Shown: positions 38,502 to 48,216, counted from the first letter of the stretch. The stretch is 64,000 nucleotides of DNA from Bdellovibrionia bacterium (GCA_040399745.1 JBBARP010000001.1:74617-138616); one strand, 5' to 3'. Notes: generated by a model from the sequence alone, not told the origin. Numbers and translations: made by a program.

Positions 38502-39089
38502 TTACTTGGCGGCTGCTGCTTTTTCTGCGGCTTCGATGTTCAAAGTGATTTCCACTTCTTCACCGAGAAGAACGCCGCCTGCGTCCAAAGCTTTGTTCCA
38601 CACCATTCCGAAGTCCTTGCGGTTGATTTTTCCGGTGGCCGAGAAACCCGCTTTCGAGTTGCCCCACGGATCTTTACCAGCGCCCAGGTACTCGACGTTG
38701 AAAGTGACGGGTTTGGTCACGCCGAGCATCGTCAGATCACCCGACATGGCAAAACCCTTGCCAGCTTTTTTGAAGCCCGTGGTGTTGAAAGTGAGGGTCG
38801 GGAATTTTCCGACGTTGAAGAAGTCGTCGCCCTTCAGGTGGCCGTCGCGCTTTTCGTTGTTCGTGTTGATGCTGGCTGCTTCAACCGTGAAAACGCCTTT
38901 TGCAGCTTCCGGTTTTTTTGCATCGAAGCTGAAAGTACCGGTGAACTTGCCGAAGTTTCCGTTCACTTTGCTCATCATGTGGCGGATTTTAAAATCCACG
39001 TTCGAGTGAGAAGCGTCGACGTCGTAGTCGGCAGCTTGGGCGGCTGAAACGATGAACAGGGCCAAAAGGGACAGAGTGCGAAGTTTCAT
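38502..39089 (-). CDS. YceI family periplasmic lipid/polyisoprenoid-binding protein
   Basis: HS.VDF.IRH, SINT.N.KRD.HL..DFF, GDLTM.GVTKPV, NRKDFG. Confidence 0.93.
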   Translation of the reverse strand: MKLRTLSLLALFIVSAAQAADYDVDASHSNVDFKIRHMMSKVNGNFGKFTGTFSFDAKKPEAAKGVFTVEAASINTNNEKRDGHLKGDDFFNVGKFPTLTFNTTGFKKAGKGFAMSGDLTMLGVTKPVTFNVEYLGAGKDPWGNSKAGFSATGKINRKDFGMVWNKALDAGGVLLGEEVEITLNIEAAEKAAAAK

Positions 39090-39191
39090 GAAAGGTCTCC
39101 TAGAAAAAAAGGGCGCTAAAAGGCTCCCCCAACCTATGAGGTCAAAGGCGAACTTGTCCAGCCGTTGCGCCGTTTGGGCATAAAATCTAGT

Positions 39192-39207
39192 GTTACCCGC
39201 AGGTAAC
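39192..39207. promoter_or_regulatory. palindromic operator candidate upstream of the yceI-like gene
   Basis: GTTACC-CGCA-GGTAAC next to a minus-strand TAGATT -10-like hexamer. Confidence 0.4.
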
Positions 39208-39244
39208 TGTGCGGATCCCTACGCCTTCCTGGGGCGAACTCGGA

Positions 39245-39697
39245 TCAGTTCGGGAGCTCGGGATTCGACCCCGGCGCTGCGCCTTGAGCGATGTGCGGCG
39301 CTTGCAGAGTATCGAAATCGAGAAGGGCTTCGCCCTCTTTCACGCCCATCGAATTCAGCCACGACAGTACAAAGCGGTGCGGGCCGAATTGGTGAATGGG
39401 GAAGCCGCCCATCCTGAAAACAGCCTTCATGCGCCGCTGATCGGAAGGGATGGCGATTTCGCCCGAACCCACCAGAGCTTGTTTTTTGTCCGGAGTGATC
39501 AGGTGAATGAAGAGTTTTCCTTGCGCGGATTCTTCCTGCGTCTTCTCGAGCGAAAGCGAGATGACAATCTGCGGAAGTTGAATGGGGACTTGGGGTGCGC
39601 GAATCTCGTCGATGATTTCAAACACCGAGAGGCTTCCGGTTTGTTGGTCGACCGATGCACCGAACGACAAGCTGGCGAAGTGGAGTTTCAGAGCCAT
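39245..39697 (-). CDS. hypothetical protein (DUF6941-like beta-sandwich)
   Basis: D..TGSLSVFEIIDEI pattern; co-oriented with tadA. Confidence 0.6.
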   Translation of the reverse strand: MALKLHFASLSFGASVDQQTGSLSVFEIIDEIRAPQVPIQLPQIVISLSLEKTQEESAQGKLFIHLITPDKKQALVGSGEIAIPSDQRRMKAVFRMGGFPIHQFGPHRFVLSWLNSMGVKEGEALLDFDTLQAPHIAQGAAPGSNPELPN

Positions 39698-39724
39698 AGT
39701 GGGCTCACTCTACACGAAGGATTC

Positions 39725-40213
39725 CTAAGAGTCCTTGCCGTTTTGGTCAGGCCGAAGCCGCCGAGACCGGAAAAATTCTCGGAGCACTTCGCCGCAGCGC
39801 AGGTCTTCGTGATGCTCAACGGGAAAGCGGTGGTTGGTCCTTGGGTCCGAATGCAAAGTGTAACCTAAGCTCAGCGCTCCGCCTTTGGGATCGAAGGCTC
39901 CGAAAATCACTTGTTCCACGCGTGCTTGCTGTAAGGCGCCTAGACACATGGGGCACGGCTCCAAGGTCACCACTAAAGTGCAGCCAATCAGACGCCAACT
40001 GCCCAGAGCCTGAGCTGCTTCTGCGATGGCGTGAAGTTCGGCGTGGCTGAGGGGATCTTGGTTTTGTTCCCTTCGATTTCGGCCTCGTCCAATGATCTTG
40101 CCCTCAAACACAATCACCGCTCCGACGGGAACCTCGCCCTCAGCGGCGGATTCTTTCGCGAGCTGAAGGGCTTCGTCTAAGGCAAAGCTCCAGTCTTGGT
40201 CTGTGGCGCTCAT
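39725..40213 (-). CDS. tadA: tRNA adenosine(34) deaminase
   Basis: GEVPVGAV, HAE, TLEPCPMC, DPKGGA. Confidence 0.93.
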   Translation of the reverse strand: MSATDQDWSFALDEALQLAKESAAEGEVPVGAVIVFEGKIIGRGRNRREQNQDPLSHAELHAIAEAAQALGSWRLIGCTLVVTLEPCPMCLGALQQARVEQVIFGAFDPKGGALSLGYTLHSDPRTNHRFPVEHHEDLRCGEVLREFFRSRRLRPDQNGKDS

Positions 40214-41025
40214 GCGGTTTCTTTCTGCGCAAGCGGGCGCTTTCGCAAGTCTTCCATCCGCGATGAAAACTCCTGAGCTCCCATCAAAAAGCGAGAAGTC
40301 GAATAGAGGCGCGAAATTTCTCTCAGGCGTTTCTCCATCGCCTTCAGAGTGCGTTTCTGTGCTCGATCGAGTTCCTGAAACTTGACGCCGATTCCGCGCG
40401 GATGAGTGACTCCGCCGGGAGTTCTCCAGACGACGACCCCTTTGGCTTCAACCGATCTTCCGAAAAGATCGAAGCTGACGCGGACGATTTCGTTCAACGC
40501 AGTTTCATGTCGCCATTTGATGAAGCATCCTGAGGCCGCAAGATCCCAGATCTCGCAGGGGCGAATCAGCGGTGAGTCGCCGTGAAGTTCGGTCAGTTGA
40601 CTGGGAACCATGAGCTTCAAGCGAGGGTTGGATTCCCACCACCGAATGCGGGGCAGGAAGTAGGGCACGCGAAGTTCACGCGTGATCCGGGCCAAAAAAC
40701 TCAGAACCAGCGCGACCGAAAGGCTGAAGGCCAGGCCGCGGTGGTGGCTCTCGCTGAAGTCCAAAGCCAGAATCGCGTTGAAGTAGATGGCCCACACGCT
40801 GACCGGCACCAAGGAGTACCAAGCCCAGCGGCGCATCTCCCAAAGTCCGTATCCCGTGGTCATGGCGGCAATGCACAGAAGCGCAAAGGCCGGGGAAAGC
40901 AGAAGGCGAAGCGCTGCCGAAATGGGGATGTCGAAGAGAACGGCCCCCGTCACCAGGTAAGTGACGGGAAAAGCCATGGTGACCAGAGCTAAGGTGCGGA
41001 GGGTTCGAGAGGAGTGGTGTTTCAA
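40210..41025 (-). CDS. membrane protein with C-terminal PilZ domain
   Basis: Four TM helices, then RIRWWE..PR, DLAASGC, VVW, GIGVKF; overlaps the tadA start. Confidence 0.8.
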   Translation of the reverse strand: MKHHSSRTLRTLALVTMAFPVTYLVTGAVLFDIPISAALRLLLSPAFALLCIAAMTTGYGLWEMRRWAWYSLVPVSVWAIYFNAILALDFSESHHRGLAFSLSVALVLSFLARITRELRVPYFLPRIRWWESNPRLKLMVPSQLTELHGDSPLIRPCEIWDLAASGCFIKWRHETALNEIVRVSFDLFGRSVEAKGVVVWRTPGGVTHPRGIGVKFQELDRAQKRTLKAMEKRLREISRLYSTSRFLMGAQEFSSRMEDLRKRPLAQKETA

Positions 41026-41069
41026 GCGCTGAGTCCGTCCGGTGAAGGTAGACTCAGATTATCAGAACC

Positions 41070-41507
41070 TTAGGGGTTCTGGGCCTGGAATTGCTCGGGC
41101 ACGGATTCGGTTCCGACCAGAGCTAAGAGCAGGTCCCCGAAAGCCAAGACTTTTTCCAGGCGGGTGATTTCGCGTCCACGGCGGTCACGGAAAATCAGGT
41201 CGTTCAGGTCACCGCCGTCCGACTCAGCCGAATCGGTGAGCTCGAGGGTGACAATGCCTTGGCTACTGGAAAAGCGGGCTTCTCTGCCCTGAACTTGAAG
41301 CTCGGCGCATTGGCTGCGAAGGGGCAGCTCTTCGCGGTTTCCTTGTGCATCGAATTGCACAGGTCGGAAAGTGCACTGAAGGGCCAATCCTTCGGCCTCG
41401 CGGAGTACCATTGCAGCATCTAACGGGGAGGTGCCGGCGTGGGCTGCCGTGGCGACCCAGTTCAAAGAAACCCCCAGTAGAATCCCCATCCATCCTTGAA
41501 TCTTCAT
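41070..41507 (-). CDS. hypothetical secreted protein
   Basis: Signal peptide ending AHA; DSAESDGGDLND acidic motif. Confidence 0.6.
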   Translation of the reverse strand: MKIQGWMGILLGVSLNWVATAAHAGTSPLDAAMVLREAEGLALQCTFRPVQFDAQGNREELPLRSQCAELQVQGREARFSSSQGIVTLELTDSAESDGGDLNDLIFRDRRGREITRLEKVLAFGDLLLALVGTESVPEQFQAQNP

Positions 41508-41571
41508 GGCTTAAATATGACGGAATGGAAGTATTTCCGAAACGAAGGTTTTCGACTATTACTATTCCCAA

Positions 41572-42441
41572 ATGGAAATTAACTCGCTTCGCATCATCCA
41601 AGCCCTCGTTGCGGATCCCAACCTCACTCGAGCTGCAGATCGCCTGCGTTTAACGCAGTCGGCGCTCTCCAAACGGGTGCACTCCATTGAAGAAGAGCTT
41701 GGCACGCTGCTTTTCGAACGTCGTGGCCCGCGCGGTCTGAAGCCGCTGCCTCAGGCCGTCGAATTCGCCAAGCTTGCCGATAAAGTGCTGAACACCTGGG
41801 ATACGGGTGTGCGCCGGATTCAGGACGTTTCGGGCGAGCCGGAACACTTTGTCCTGATCGGGCCGCAGTTGTTCCTGCGCGAAAAGGTTTTGCCCTGGTG
41901 GAACCAAGTGGCCGAGGACTTTCCCCAGCTTCTTTTGGAAGTGCGCGTTTCGGCGCTCGCCAAAGTGTCGCTTGATACGATTCATGCAGGTGCCGACGCC
42001 GGAATTCTCGAGCACCGGGAAGAACTCTCCGACTTTATCTGTAAGCCCATTTACACCGAACGTTGGGGGATTGTCCGTCACCCCAGCACTCAGCATTCGG
42101 ACCTGAGAAAATACAAGTGGGGTACGGTTGCGACCCACGAGAACCCGGTCGACCACTGGCTGGTGCGCCGTCAGAAAATGCCGCCACCGGCTTACCGGAT
42201 GTACTGGCAGGACCTGACGGCTCTGGGGGTTTGGGTTTCTGAAACTCCTGGGGCGGCCTCGGTCCTTCCTTGGCATGCGGTGGCCTGGCTCGTGAAGCGG
42301 AACAAGCTGGTTTTCGAGCCCTTGGGCTCGGATTCGACCACGACCCTTTACTTGGCCTATCAAAAGACCAGTCCCCATCGCCGCTTCCTTCGGGCTCTGG
42401 CTAATTTGAGTGAGAAGACCGCACCCTCGCCGGAAATTTGA
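41572..42441 (+). CDS. LysR family transcriptional regulator
   Basis: TRAADRLRLTQSALSKRVHSIEEELG..LFER HTH. Confidence 0.92.
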   Translation: MEINSLRIIQALVADPNLTRAADRLRLTQSALSKRVHSIEEELGTLLFERRGPRGLKPLPQAVEFAKLADKVLNTWDTGVRRIQDVSGEPEHFVLIGPQLFLREKVLPWWNQVAEDFPQLLLEVRVSALAKVSLDTIHAGADAGILEHREELSDFICKPIYTERWGIVRHPSTQHSDLRKYKWGTVATHENPVDHWLVRRQKMPPPAYRMYWQDLTALGVWVSETPGAASVLPWHAVAWLVKRNKLVFEPLGSDSTTTLYLAYQKTSPHRRFLRALANLSEKTAPSPEI

Positions 42442-42479
42442 AGGGCCCGAGTCCCGGTTTTGTTGTAAGGCCTTGGGCT

Positions 42480-44111
42480 ATGAGCACTTCCATTTTTCGA
42501 CTCTCTCAGCCCGTGAATGAGCCGGTTCGTGACTATGCCCCGGGGGACGCCTCGCGCGCGGCCCTGAAGGCGCGCCTCGAAACCATGGCTCGCGAGCGAG
42601 TGGAAATCCCGCTCGTGATTGGCGGAAAAGAAATTCGAACGGGCAAGACTCGAAAAGTGGTCATGCCGCATTCACACGGTGAAGTGTTGGCCGAGTTTCA
42701 TCTGGCGGGAGCTTCCGAGCTGAACGCTGCGGCCGACGCAGCCCAAAAGGCCAAAGCAGAATGGGAAGCTTTGCCGTGGGAACGTCGTGCCGCAATTTTT
42801 CTAAAAGCCGCCGATCTTTTGGCCGGCCCGTGGCGCTCGGAAATCAACGCAGCTACGATGCTCGGGCAATCCAAGAACGTGTACCAAGCCGAAATCGACG
42901 CAGCTTGCGAGTTCATCGATTTCCTTCGCTTCAATGCGTATTTCTACCAAGAAATCCTGTCGCAGCAGCCGCTCTCCTCGCCTGGGATTTCGAACTGCCT
43001 GGATTATCGCGCGCTGGAAGGGTTTGTTCTGGCCATCACGCCCTTTAACTTCACGGCCATTGCTGGAAACCTTCCGGCCGCGCCCGCGATGCTGGGCAAT
43101 ACGGTCGTTTGGAAACCATCCGACACGCAGATGCTCTCGGCTTGGAAAACCATGCAGCTTTTCCGCGAAGCAGGCCTTCCTGACGGCGTCATTAACCTGG
43201 TGGCAGCCGATGGACCGCTGACCAGTCAAGCGCTCCTGGGGCGCCAAGACTTGGCGGGCATTCACTTCACGGGCTCGACTCCCACGTTTCAGTCGCTGTG
43301 GAAAACGGTGGGCGAAAATATTTCCAAGTACCGCTCTTACCCGCGTCTGGTGGGCGAGACGGGCGGCAAGGACTTCGTTTTTGCGCATCCTTCGGCCGAC
43401 GCCGAGGCCTTGGCAGTCGGACTGGTTCGCGGAGCATTCGAATACCAAGGACAGAAGTGCTCGGCCGCTTCGCGCGCTTACATTCCCCGCAGCTTGTGGC
43501 CGAAAGTGAAGGAACGTGTTCTGGCAGATATCGCCACTTTGAAAATGGGCGATGTGCGCGACTTCCGGAATTTCGTGAACGCAGTGATTGACGAGCGTTC
43601 GTTCCAAAAAATCTCGGGCTACCTGGAGCAAGCACGCAGCGCTTCGGGAGTGGAAGTGCTGGCAGGCGGAAAAGCTCACGGAGAAAAAGGTTACTTCGTG
43701 GAACCCACCCTGCTTCAGGTGCAAGATCCGATGTACCGGACCATGCAGGAAGAAATCTTCGGCCCGGTATTGAGCGTGTACGTTTACGACGACGCCAAGA
43801 TCGACGAGACGTTGGCGATCTGTGATTCCACTTCGGCCTACGCTTTGACGGGCGCGATCTTCGCGCAAGATCGTTACGCTGTCGAAAAACTGATGGCGCG
43901 TTTACGAAACAGTGCGGGCAATTTCTACGTCAACGACAAGCCCACGGGTGCAGTCGTCGGGCAGCAGCCTTTTGGCGGTGGCCGCGCTTCGGGAACGAAC
44001 GATAAAGCGGGAAGTGGCTTGAATTTGCTGCGCTGGCTATCGCCTCGCGTCATCAAGGAAACCCGCGTTCCGCCGCGCGATTACCGCTACCCGTTTTTGG
44101 GCGCCGAGTAA
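42480..44111 (+). CDS. pruA: L-glutamate gamma-semialdehyde (P5C) dehydrogenase
   Basis: NEP, PFNFTAI, FTGST, ETGGK, GQKCSA, EEIFGP, GRASGTNDKAG. Confidence 0.95.
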   Translation: MSTSIFRLSQPVNEPVRDYAPGDASRAALKARLETMARERVEIPLVIGGKEIRTGKTRKVVMPHSHGEVLAEFHLAGASELNAAADAAQKAKAEWEALPWERRAAIFLKAADLLAGPWRSEINAATMLGQSKNVYQAEIDAACEFIDFLRFNAYFYQEILSQQPLSSPGISNCLDYRALEGFVLAITPFNFTAIAGNLPAAPAMLGNTVVWKPSDTQMLSAWKTMQLFREAGLPDGVINLVAADGPLTSQALLGRQDLAGIHFTGSTPTFQSLWKTVGENISKYRSYPRLVGETGGKDFVFAHPSADAEALAVGLVRGAFEYQGQKCSAASRAYIPRSLWPKVKERVLADIATLKMGDVRDFRNFVNAVIDERSFQKISGYLEQARSASGVEVLAGGKAHGEKGYFVEPTLLQVQDPMYRTMQEEIFGPVLSVYVYDDAKIDETLAICDSTSAYALTGAIFAQDRYAVEKLMARLRNSAGNFYVNDKPTGAVVGQQPFGGGRASGTNDKAGSGLNLLRWLSPRVIKETRVPPRDYRYPFLGAE

Positions 44112-44192
44112 TCCGAACGAATTCGTTGACCGAAGCAAACGCCTTTGGCTTACTGTCCCCGAGTTGAAAAACACGGAAGGGGACTCAACACC

Positions 44193-44729
44193 ATGCTGAA
44201 GAAGGCGTTCTTTGCGGTTGCGGTGATTTGCGGATTTCAGGCCATCCAGGCTCAGGCCAGCGGGGTGGACCCGGTCAATGTTCGCGCGCTTTCGCGCCTG
44301 AATCAGATTCTCGATCGAAGCGCTTACTGGGGCGTGACTCCAGCAGGCCGTCCTTGCCAAATTCGCGTGATTCGCGAGTTCTCCTACGGTGGAAACCCGG
44401 TGGGGCACATGCGGGTGATTGGTCAGGAAGCTTTCGGAAACATCCTGAGTCCGTATCCGGTTTTCCACGATGCGGGTCAGTTTCAGTTGGGCGTTTTTGG
44501 TCCTGAGTTCAGCGCCAAAATTGAGAAAGACAATGCCGAGATGTTCCAGGTCTACGCTCAAGTGGGCCCGGTTCATCCTCAGCTTCCGGCCTACCCTCAG
44601 GGGACGACGCTTTTGACTCTGCGGTCAAACGGCCATGGCCAACTGGATTCGCTGACCCTGGAAGAGTCGGTGATGGATCCGGGAAGCGGCTTTAGTTGGA
44701 ATCGTCGCTTCCGCTGCGGTTCGAATTAA
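44193..44729 (+). CDS. hypothetical secreted protein
   Basis: RBS GGAAGGGG, signal peptide ending AQA, terminator downstream. Confidence 0.65.
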   Translation: MLKKAFFAVAVICGFQAIQAQASGVDPVNVRALSRLNQILDRSAYWGVTPAGRPCQIRVIREFSYGGNPVGHMRVIGQEAFGNILSPYPVFHDAGQFQLGVFGPEFSAKIEKDNAEMFQVYAQVGPVHPQLPAYPQGTTLLTLRSNGHGQLDSLTLEESVMDPGSGFSWNRRFRCGSN

Positions 44730-44764
44730 TCATCAGGTCGACGAAGCCGGTATTTCCAGTCTTT

Positions 44765-44797
44765 GGGGGTGAAGCTGAAAGGCTTTACCCCCTTTTT
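44765..44797 (+). terminator. Rho-independent terminator
   Basis: GGGGGTGAAGC-TGAAAG-GCTTTACCCCC-TTTTT. Confidence 0.85.
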
Positions 44798-44850
44798 GTT
44801 GTCTCCGGTTCAACAAAGCTGCTATAGCGAAGGCCGCTTTGAGGTGGACC

Positions 44851-45474
44851 GTGCAGTACTTGTCTCATCGATTGATTGGGATCTTGGTTTTGACCGCGTG
44901 GGTTTTTGCATCGCCTTTGAGTGCTGGCGCAACCCCGGTGAATTGCCTGAATGAAGGCGATAACTACTGCGTAAGTAACGCCAGCGGTTGTTTTCATCGG
45001 GGATTGAAACGCGTTTTTATTCGCTGTGAAACCGAAGGCCTCCGTAAAGCGTTTGATGGCATTACTTGCAATCAGATCCCCAAAGCTCAGCCTGATGCGG
45101 ATTTATTGAACGCGCGCTGCGTGTTGAAGCACGAGTGTGATCACGCCGAAGTCTTCCAACAGGAGATGGGCCTAAATCTGTGCGCAGCCGAATTTTCGGC
45201 CTACCATCAGGGCGCCCGGTGCCTGCGTGAAACCCAAAAAGCTTACTGCCCGGACGGGATTCCAGCGTCGGATTGTAGTTCCCTTTCCGAAGAGGAGAAG
45301 GCCGATCGCTTGGTCATGGAGTTCCTGCGCTGCAAACAGCGCGGCGGATCGAAGACCCTTTGCGAAACTCAGTGCCGTTTGAGCGGCGCAAAGTTGTTTG
45401 GGAAGGTCAGGGCCCAAGGCTTCTGTGCGTCCATTTTTGAAGGCCTTGGAAACTGCGAGAACGAGAAGTTTTAA
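44851..45474 (+). CDS. secreted Cys-rich protein with HExxH motif
   Basis: Signal peptide; LKHECDH...CAAEFSAY; start uncertain (GTG 44851 or TTG 44839). Confidence 0.6.
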   Translation: MQYLSHRLIGILVLTAWVFASPLSAGATPVNCLNEGDNYCVSNASGCFHRGLKRVFIRCETEGLRKAFDGITCNQIPKAQPDADLLNARCVLKHECDHAEVFQQEMGLNLCAAEFSAYHQGARCLRETQKAYCPDGIPASDCSSLSEEEKADRLVMEFLRCKQRGGSKTLCETQCRLSGAKLFGKVRAQGFCASIFEGLGNCENEKF

Positions 45475-45576
45475 GGCTGGCTGTTGCTGCCGCTTTCGTT
45501 CAGCGCGCCGGGCAGTGACTGGCTGGGTCCGCCATCGTTAGCGTTTCTCCGAACCTGAAAACTTCGGAGAATTCAG

Positions 45577-46167
45577 ATGAACCCAGGGACTCGTCCTTTT
45601 GCTCTTAGCTTTTCTGCGCTTTTAATGTTGGCTTCTCAGTTTGCTTTCGCAGGCGATACGGCTGTGACGGCTTCAAACCGCGGCCCGGGCGGTGGCACGG
45701 GTGGCGGAACTGGCACCGGCTGCACTTACGCTTACTCGATTCAGAAAATCGGCCCGTCGCGCGTGAAGGCCGGGGAAGAGTTCAAGTACCACGTGTTCGT
45801 GAAGAACATCGGTACTTGCCGTTTGCGCCACATCGACATTTCGGATTGGCTCCCGCGTGGCTTCGATATGGAATCAAGCTACCCGAGCACTTCGAATTCC
45901 CCCGCCGTCAAAGACGATCGGAAGCTGACTTGGGAGCACGTGGAACTGGCCCCAGGTCGCGTCTTTGATATCTCGATCAAAGGACACGCTGACTCTCGGA
46001 ACCATCCCTACACGATGGTGAATACGGCCTGTGCTTATTCGTCACGTGTCGGCACTCGGATTTGCGATTCGGTTAGCACGTACGTGTACCCGGAACACGA
46101 CGCTGCAGCAGCAGAAGCAGCGGCCTTGGAAGAAGCTGAAGCCACTTCAGCTCCGTCTGCCGAGTAA
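45577..46167 (+). CDS. secreted DUF11-domain protein
   Basis: K.GP..V.AGE...Y.V.VKN.G, I.D.LP.G, L.PG, VNTA. Confidence 0.75.
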   Translation: MNPGTRPFALSFSALLMLASQFAFAGDTAVTASNRGPGGGTGGGTGTGCTYAYSIQKIGPSRVKAGEEFKYHVFVKNIGTCRLRHIDISDWLPRGFDMESSYPSTSNSPAVKDDRKLTWEHVELAPGRVFDISIKGHADSRNHPYTMVNTACAYSSRVGTRICDSVSTYVYPEHDAAAAEAAALEEAEATSAPSAE

Positions 46168-46265
46168 TCGAGCTCTGCATTTGAACGTCATTCACGTCCT
46201 TGCCTGGGGCACGGAAGCCGTTTGGGCAAGGGCGTGAGTGACGATTCAAAATCTTGGTTCGTATT

Positions 46266-47342
46266 TCAGCCCCGGAAGCGCGCTTTTCCTTGGCTCGCCA
46301 AAGTGAAGCCAGTGAGTTTGTAGAGGAGTCGCGCACCGACGTTGGCGTCCCACTCGTTTTTTCCTTCCGCATCGGGGGCCACTTCATTGAGATCAAACCC
46401 AATGATGGTACGGCCGCTTTTTGCCACCGCGCCGATCAAGTGAATGGCTTCGCGGAAGTCTAAGCCCCCTGCAACCGGAGTTCCTGTGTTTGGGCAGAAG
46501 CGGGGATCGAGGCCATCGATATCGAACGAGATCCACACTTTTTGCGGAAGTGCCGCCACAATGGCGTCAGTCGTCTTCGCCCAAGGCTCTCCCGAAAAAC
46601 GGCGCTGCGAGAGATCGGCGTCGAAGAACACTTTCACGCGGTCTCCTTGGGATTGGCAGTAATCCCATTCCTGCTCGCAGAAATCGCGGATGCCTACTTG
46701 CACCAGCTTTTTAATTCCTGGAATACGCTCCAGGGCGTTGTGCATGATCGAGGCGTGAGACCACTGAAACCCTTCGTAAGCAATTCGGGTATCCGAATGG
46801 GCGTCGAAGTGGAGAATTCCGAAGCCTTCAGGATTCTTCTCAGCCACGGCTTGGAAAGCGCCAAAAGGAACCGAGTGATCGCCTCCGACTAGGCCAGGGA
46901 TTTTTCCCGCATTCAGGACACTCAAAGTTTGTTCGCGGACCAGGTCGTTCACTTGGTTGCCAAGAGCATTCACTCGGTCGAGCGCCTTTTCCAGGTCGGG
47001 CTGCCCATCGATCACGCCCGCGACTTCAATGATTTTCTGAGCCAGCGCTTTGCCTTCTTCGTTCCAGGCGCGGAAGCGCGGGTCAGCTTCGCGCATAAAC
47101 AAACCACACTCATAGAATTTATCGACTTCGATATCGAAGAGGTCGACCTGTTTACTGGCTTCGAATATGGCGTCGGGGCCGTCAGAAGTTCCGCCCCCAT
47201 AGGAAGTGGTGGCTTCCCAGGCAATGGGCAAGTAGACCAACTGCGCCTGAGCTTCGGTGAAGGGGAGGCCAAAAACTCCGGAATCATCACTGGCGGCTGC
47301 ATTGGGGTCGAACTTCGGTGACTGGGTAGGGGCTTCTTTCAT
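46266..47342 (-). CDS. agmatinase/arginase (ureohydrolase) family protein
   Basis: GGDHS, HFDAHSD, SHAS, SFDIDGLDP...TGTP, D.NEV.P; start ATG 47342. Confidence 0.92.
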   Translation of the reverse strand: MKEAPTQSPKFDPNAAASDDSGVFGLPFTEAQAQLVYLPIAWEATTSYGGGTSDGPDAIFEASKQVDLFDIEVDKFYECGLFMREADPRFRAWNEEGKALAQKIIEVAGVIDGQPDLEKALDRVNALGNQVNDLVREQTLSVLNAGKIPGLVGGDHSVPFGAFQAVAEKNPEGFGILHFDAHSDTRIAYEGFQWSHASIMHNALERIPGIKKLVQVGIRDFCEQEWDYCQSQGDRVKVFFDADLSQRRFSGEPWAKTTDAIVAALPQKVWISFDIDGLDPRFCPNTGTPVAGGLDFREAIHLIGAVAKSGRTIIGFDLNEVAPDAEGKNEWDANVGARLLYKLTGFTLASQGKARFRG

Positions 47343-47415
47343 GGTTTCCGGGGTTTGCCCGTGAGAAGGGGCCTCTGTCAAGGAACCTCGGCAACGTGGT
47401 AGGAATGCTTTCATC

Positions 47416-47865
47416 ATGAGTGGAATTGACGTAGGTCGGCCGTCGACCTGGATCCCGTATCGCTCGGGCCTTTGCGAAGGCTGTTGGAGTGGTTGCTGCA
47501 CGCTCCCTGTAGAAGTGAGTGTGATGGATTTGGTGCGCTTAGGGGTCGCCACCGAGGACGAAGCGGCGGCAGGACTGAAGAAGCTGGCAAGGCGGCTTGA
47601 GAAAGACGGAGTCGTTCAGCATTTTAATTCCCGCTCTCAGATTTTCACTCTCGAACAGCGCCATGGGCGCGACTGCATTTACCTTCATCCCCAGACCCGC
47701 CTTTGTACGGTTTACGAAAAGCGCCCCGAAGTGTGCCGGAAATTTCCGAAAATTGGCCCAAGGCCTGGGTGGTGTCCGGCCAAACGAAAAGCAGGGGAAA
47801 AAGAGGTCAAAGCCCGCCCTGCTCGTGCCAAAGCTCGCCCTGCCGCAGCGAAGGGTCGGCCCTGA
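47416..47865 (+). CDS. YkgJ family cysteine-cluster protein
   Basis: CEGC..GCC...DCIYL....RLCTVYEKRP.VCR.FP. Confidence 0.88.
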   Translation: MSGIDVGRPSTWIPYRSGLCEGCWSGCCTLPVEVSVMDLVRLGVATEDEAAAGLKKLARRLEKDGVVQHFNSRSQIFTLEQRHGRDCIYLHPQTRLCTVYEKRPEVCRKFPKIGPRPGWCPAKRKAGEKEVKARPARAKARPAAAKGRP

Positions 47866-47908
47866 CACAGGCAGCGTCCGAGGCCATTCTGAAATATGCG
47901 CGGGCCCC

Positions 47909-47936
47909 TCAATTTTTAGGGAAAGAAAGCCGATCC
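47909..47936 (+). promoter_or_regulatory. candidate sigma28 (FliA) promoter
   Basis: TCAAT-N15-GCCGATCC, 6 nt before ATG 47943. Confidence 0.5.
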
Positions 47937-47942
47937 GCTCGT

Positions 47943-48200
47943 ATGGACCGCGAAACCTTTCTGGAAGAAGTCCGCAAGCAATACGCCGAAAAAATCGTCT
48001 CCGCCTATATGGAGTGCGAGCACGGTCTTGATGGCCAAAAGCGCGTGAACTGGATTCAGGTGAATCAAAAGCTCACCAAGCTGATGAAGAACGCCCAAGT
48101 GGATGGTCTTCCGGCCAAGGACTTTATGGAACTGGTGAAAGCCGAGCTTCCCGATGCTTGGGAACACCTCGAGCCCACTTGGTTCCGCCCGGCGGCCTAA
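47943..48200 (+). CDS. small hypothetical protein
   Basis: 85-aa ORF with typical codon usage, filling the gap. Confidence 0.6.
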   Translation: MDRETFLEEVRKQYAEKIVSAYMECEHGLDGQKRVNWIQVNQKLTKLMKNAQVDGLPAKDFMELVKAELPDAWEHLEPTWFRPAA

Positions 48201-48216
48201 TCGAGCTTAGCCTCAA

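Noticed and set aside
42801..43868. Long antisense ORFs (also 18089-19081, 9161-9991, 59986-60693)
   Set aside because: They shadow well-supported genes, as expected at this GC content, and carry no recognisable motifs
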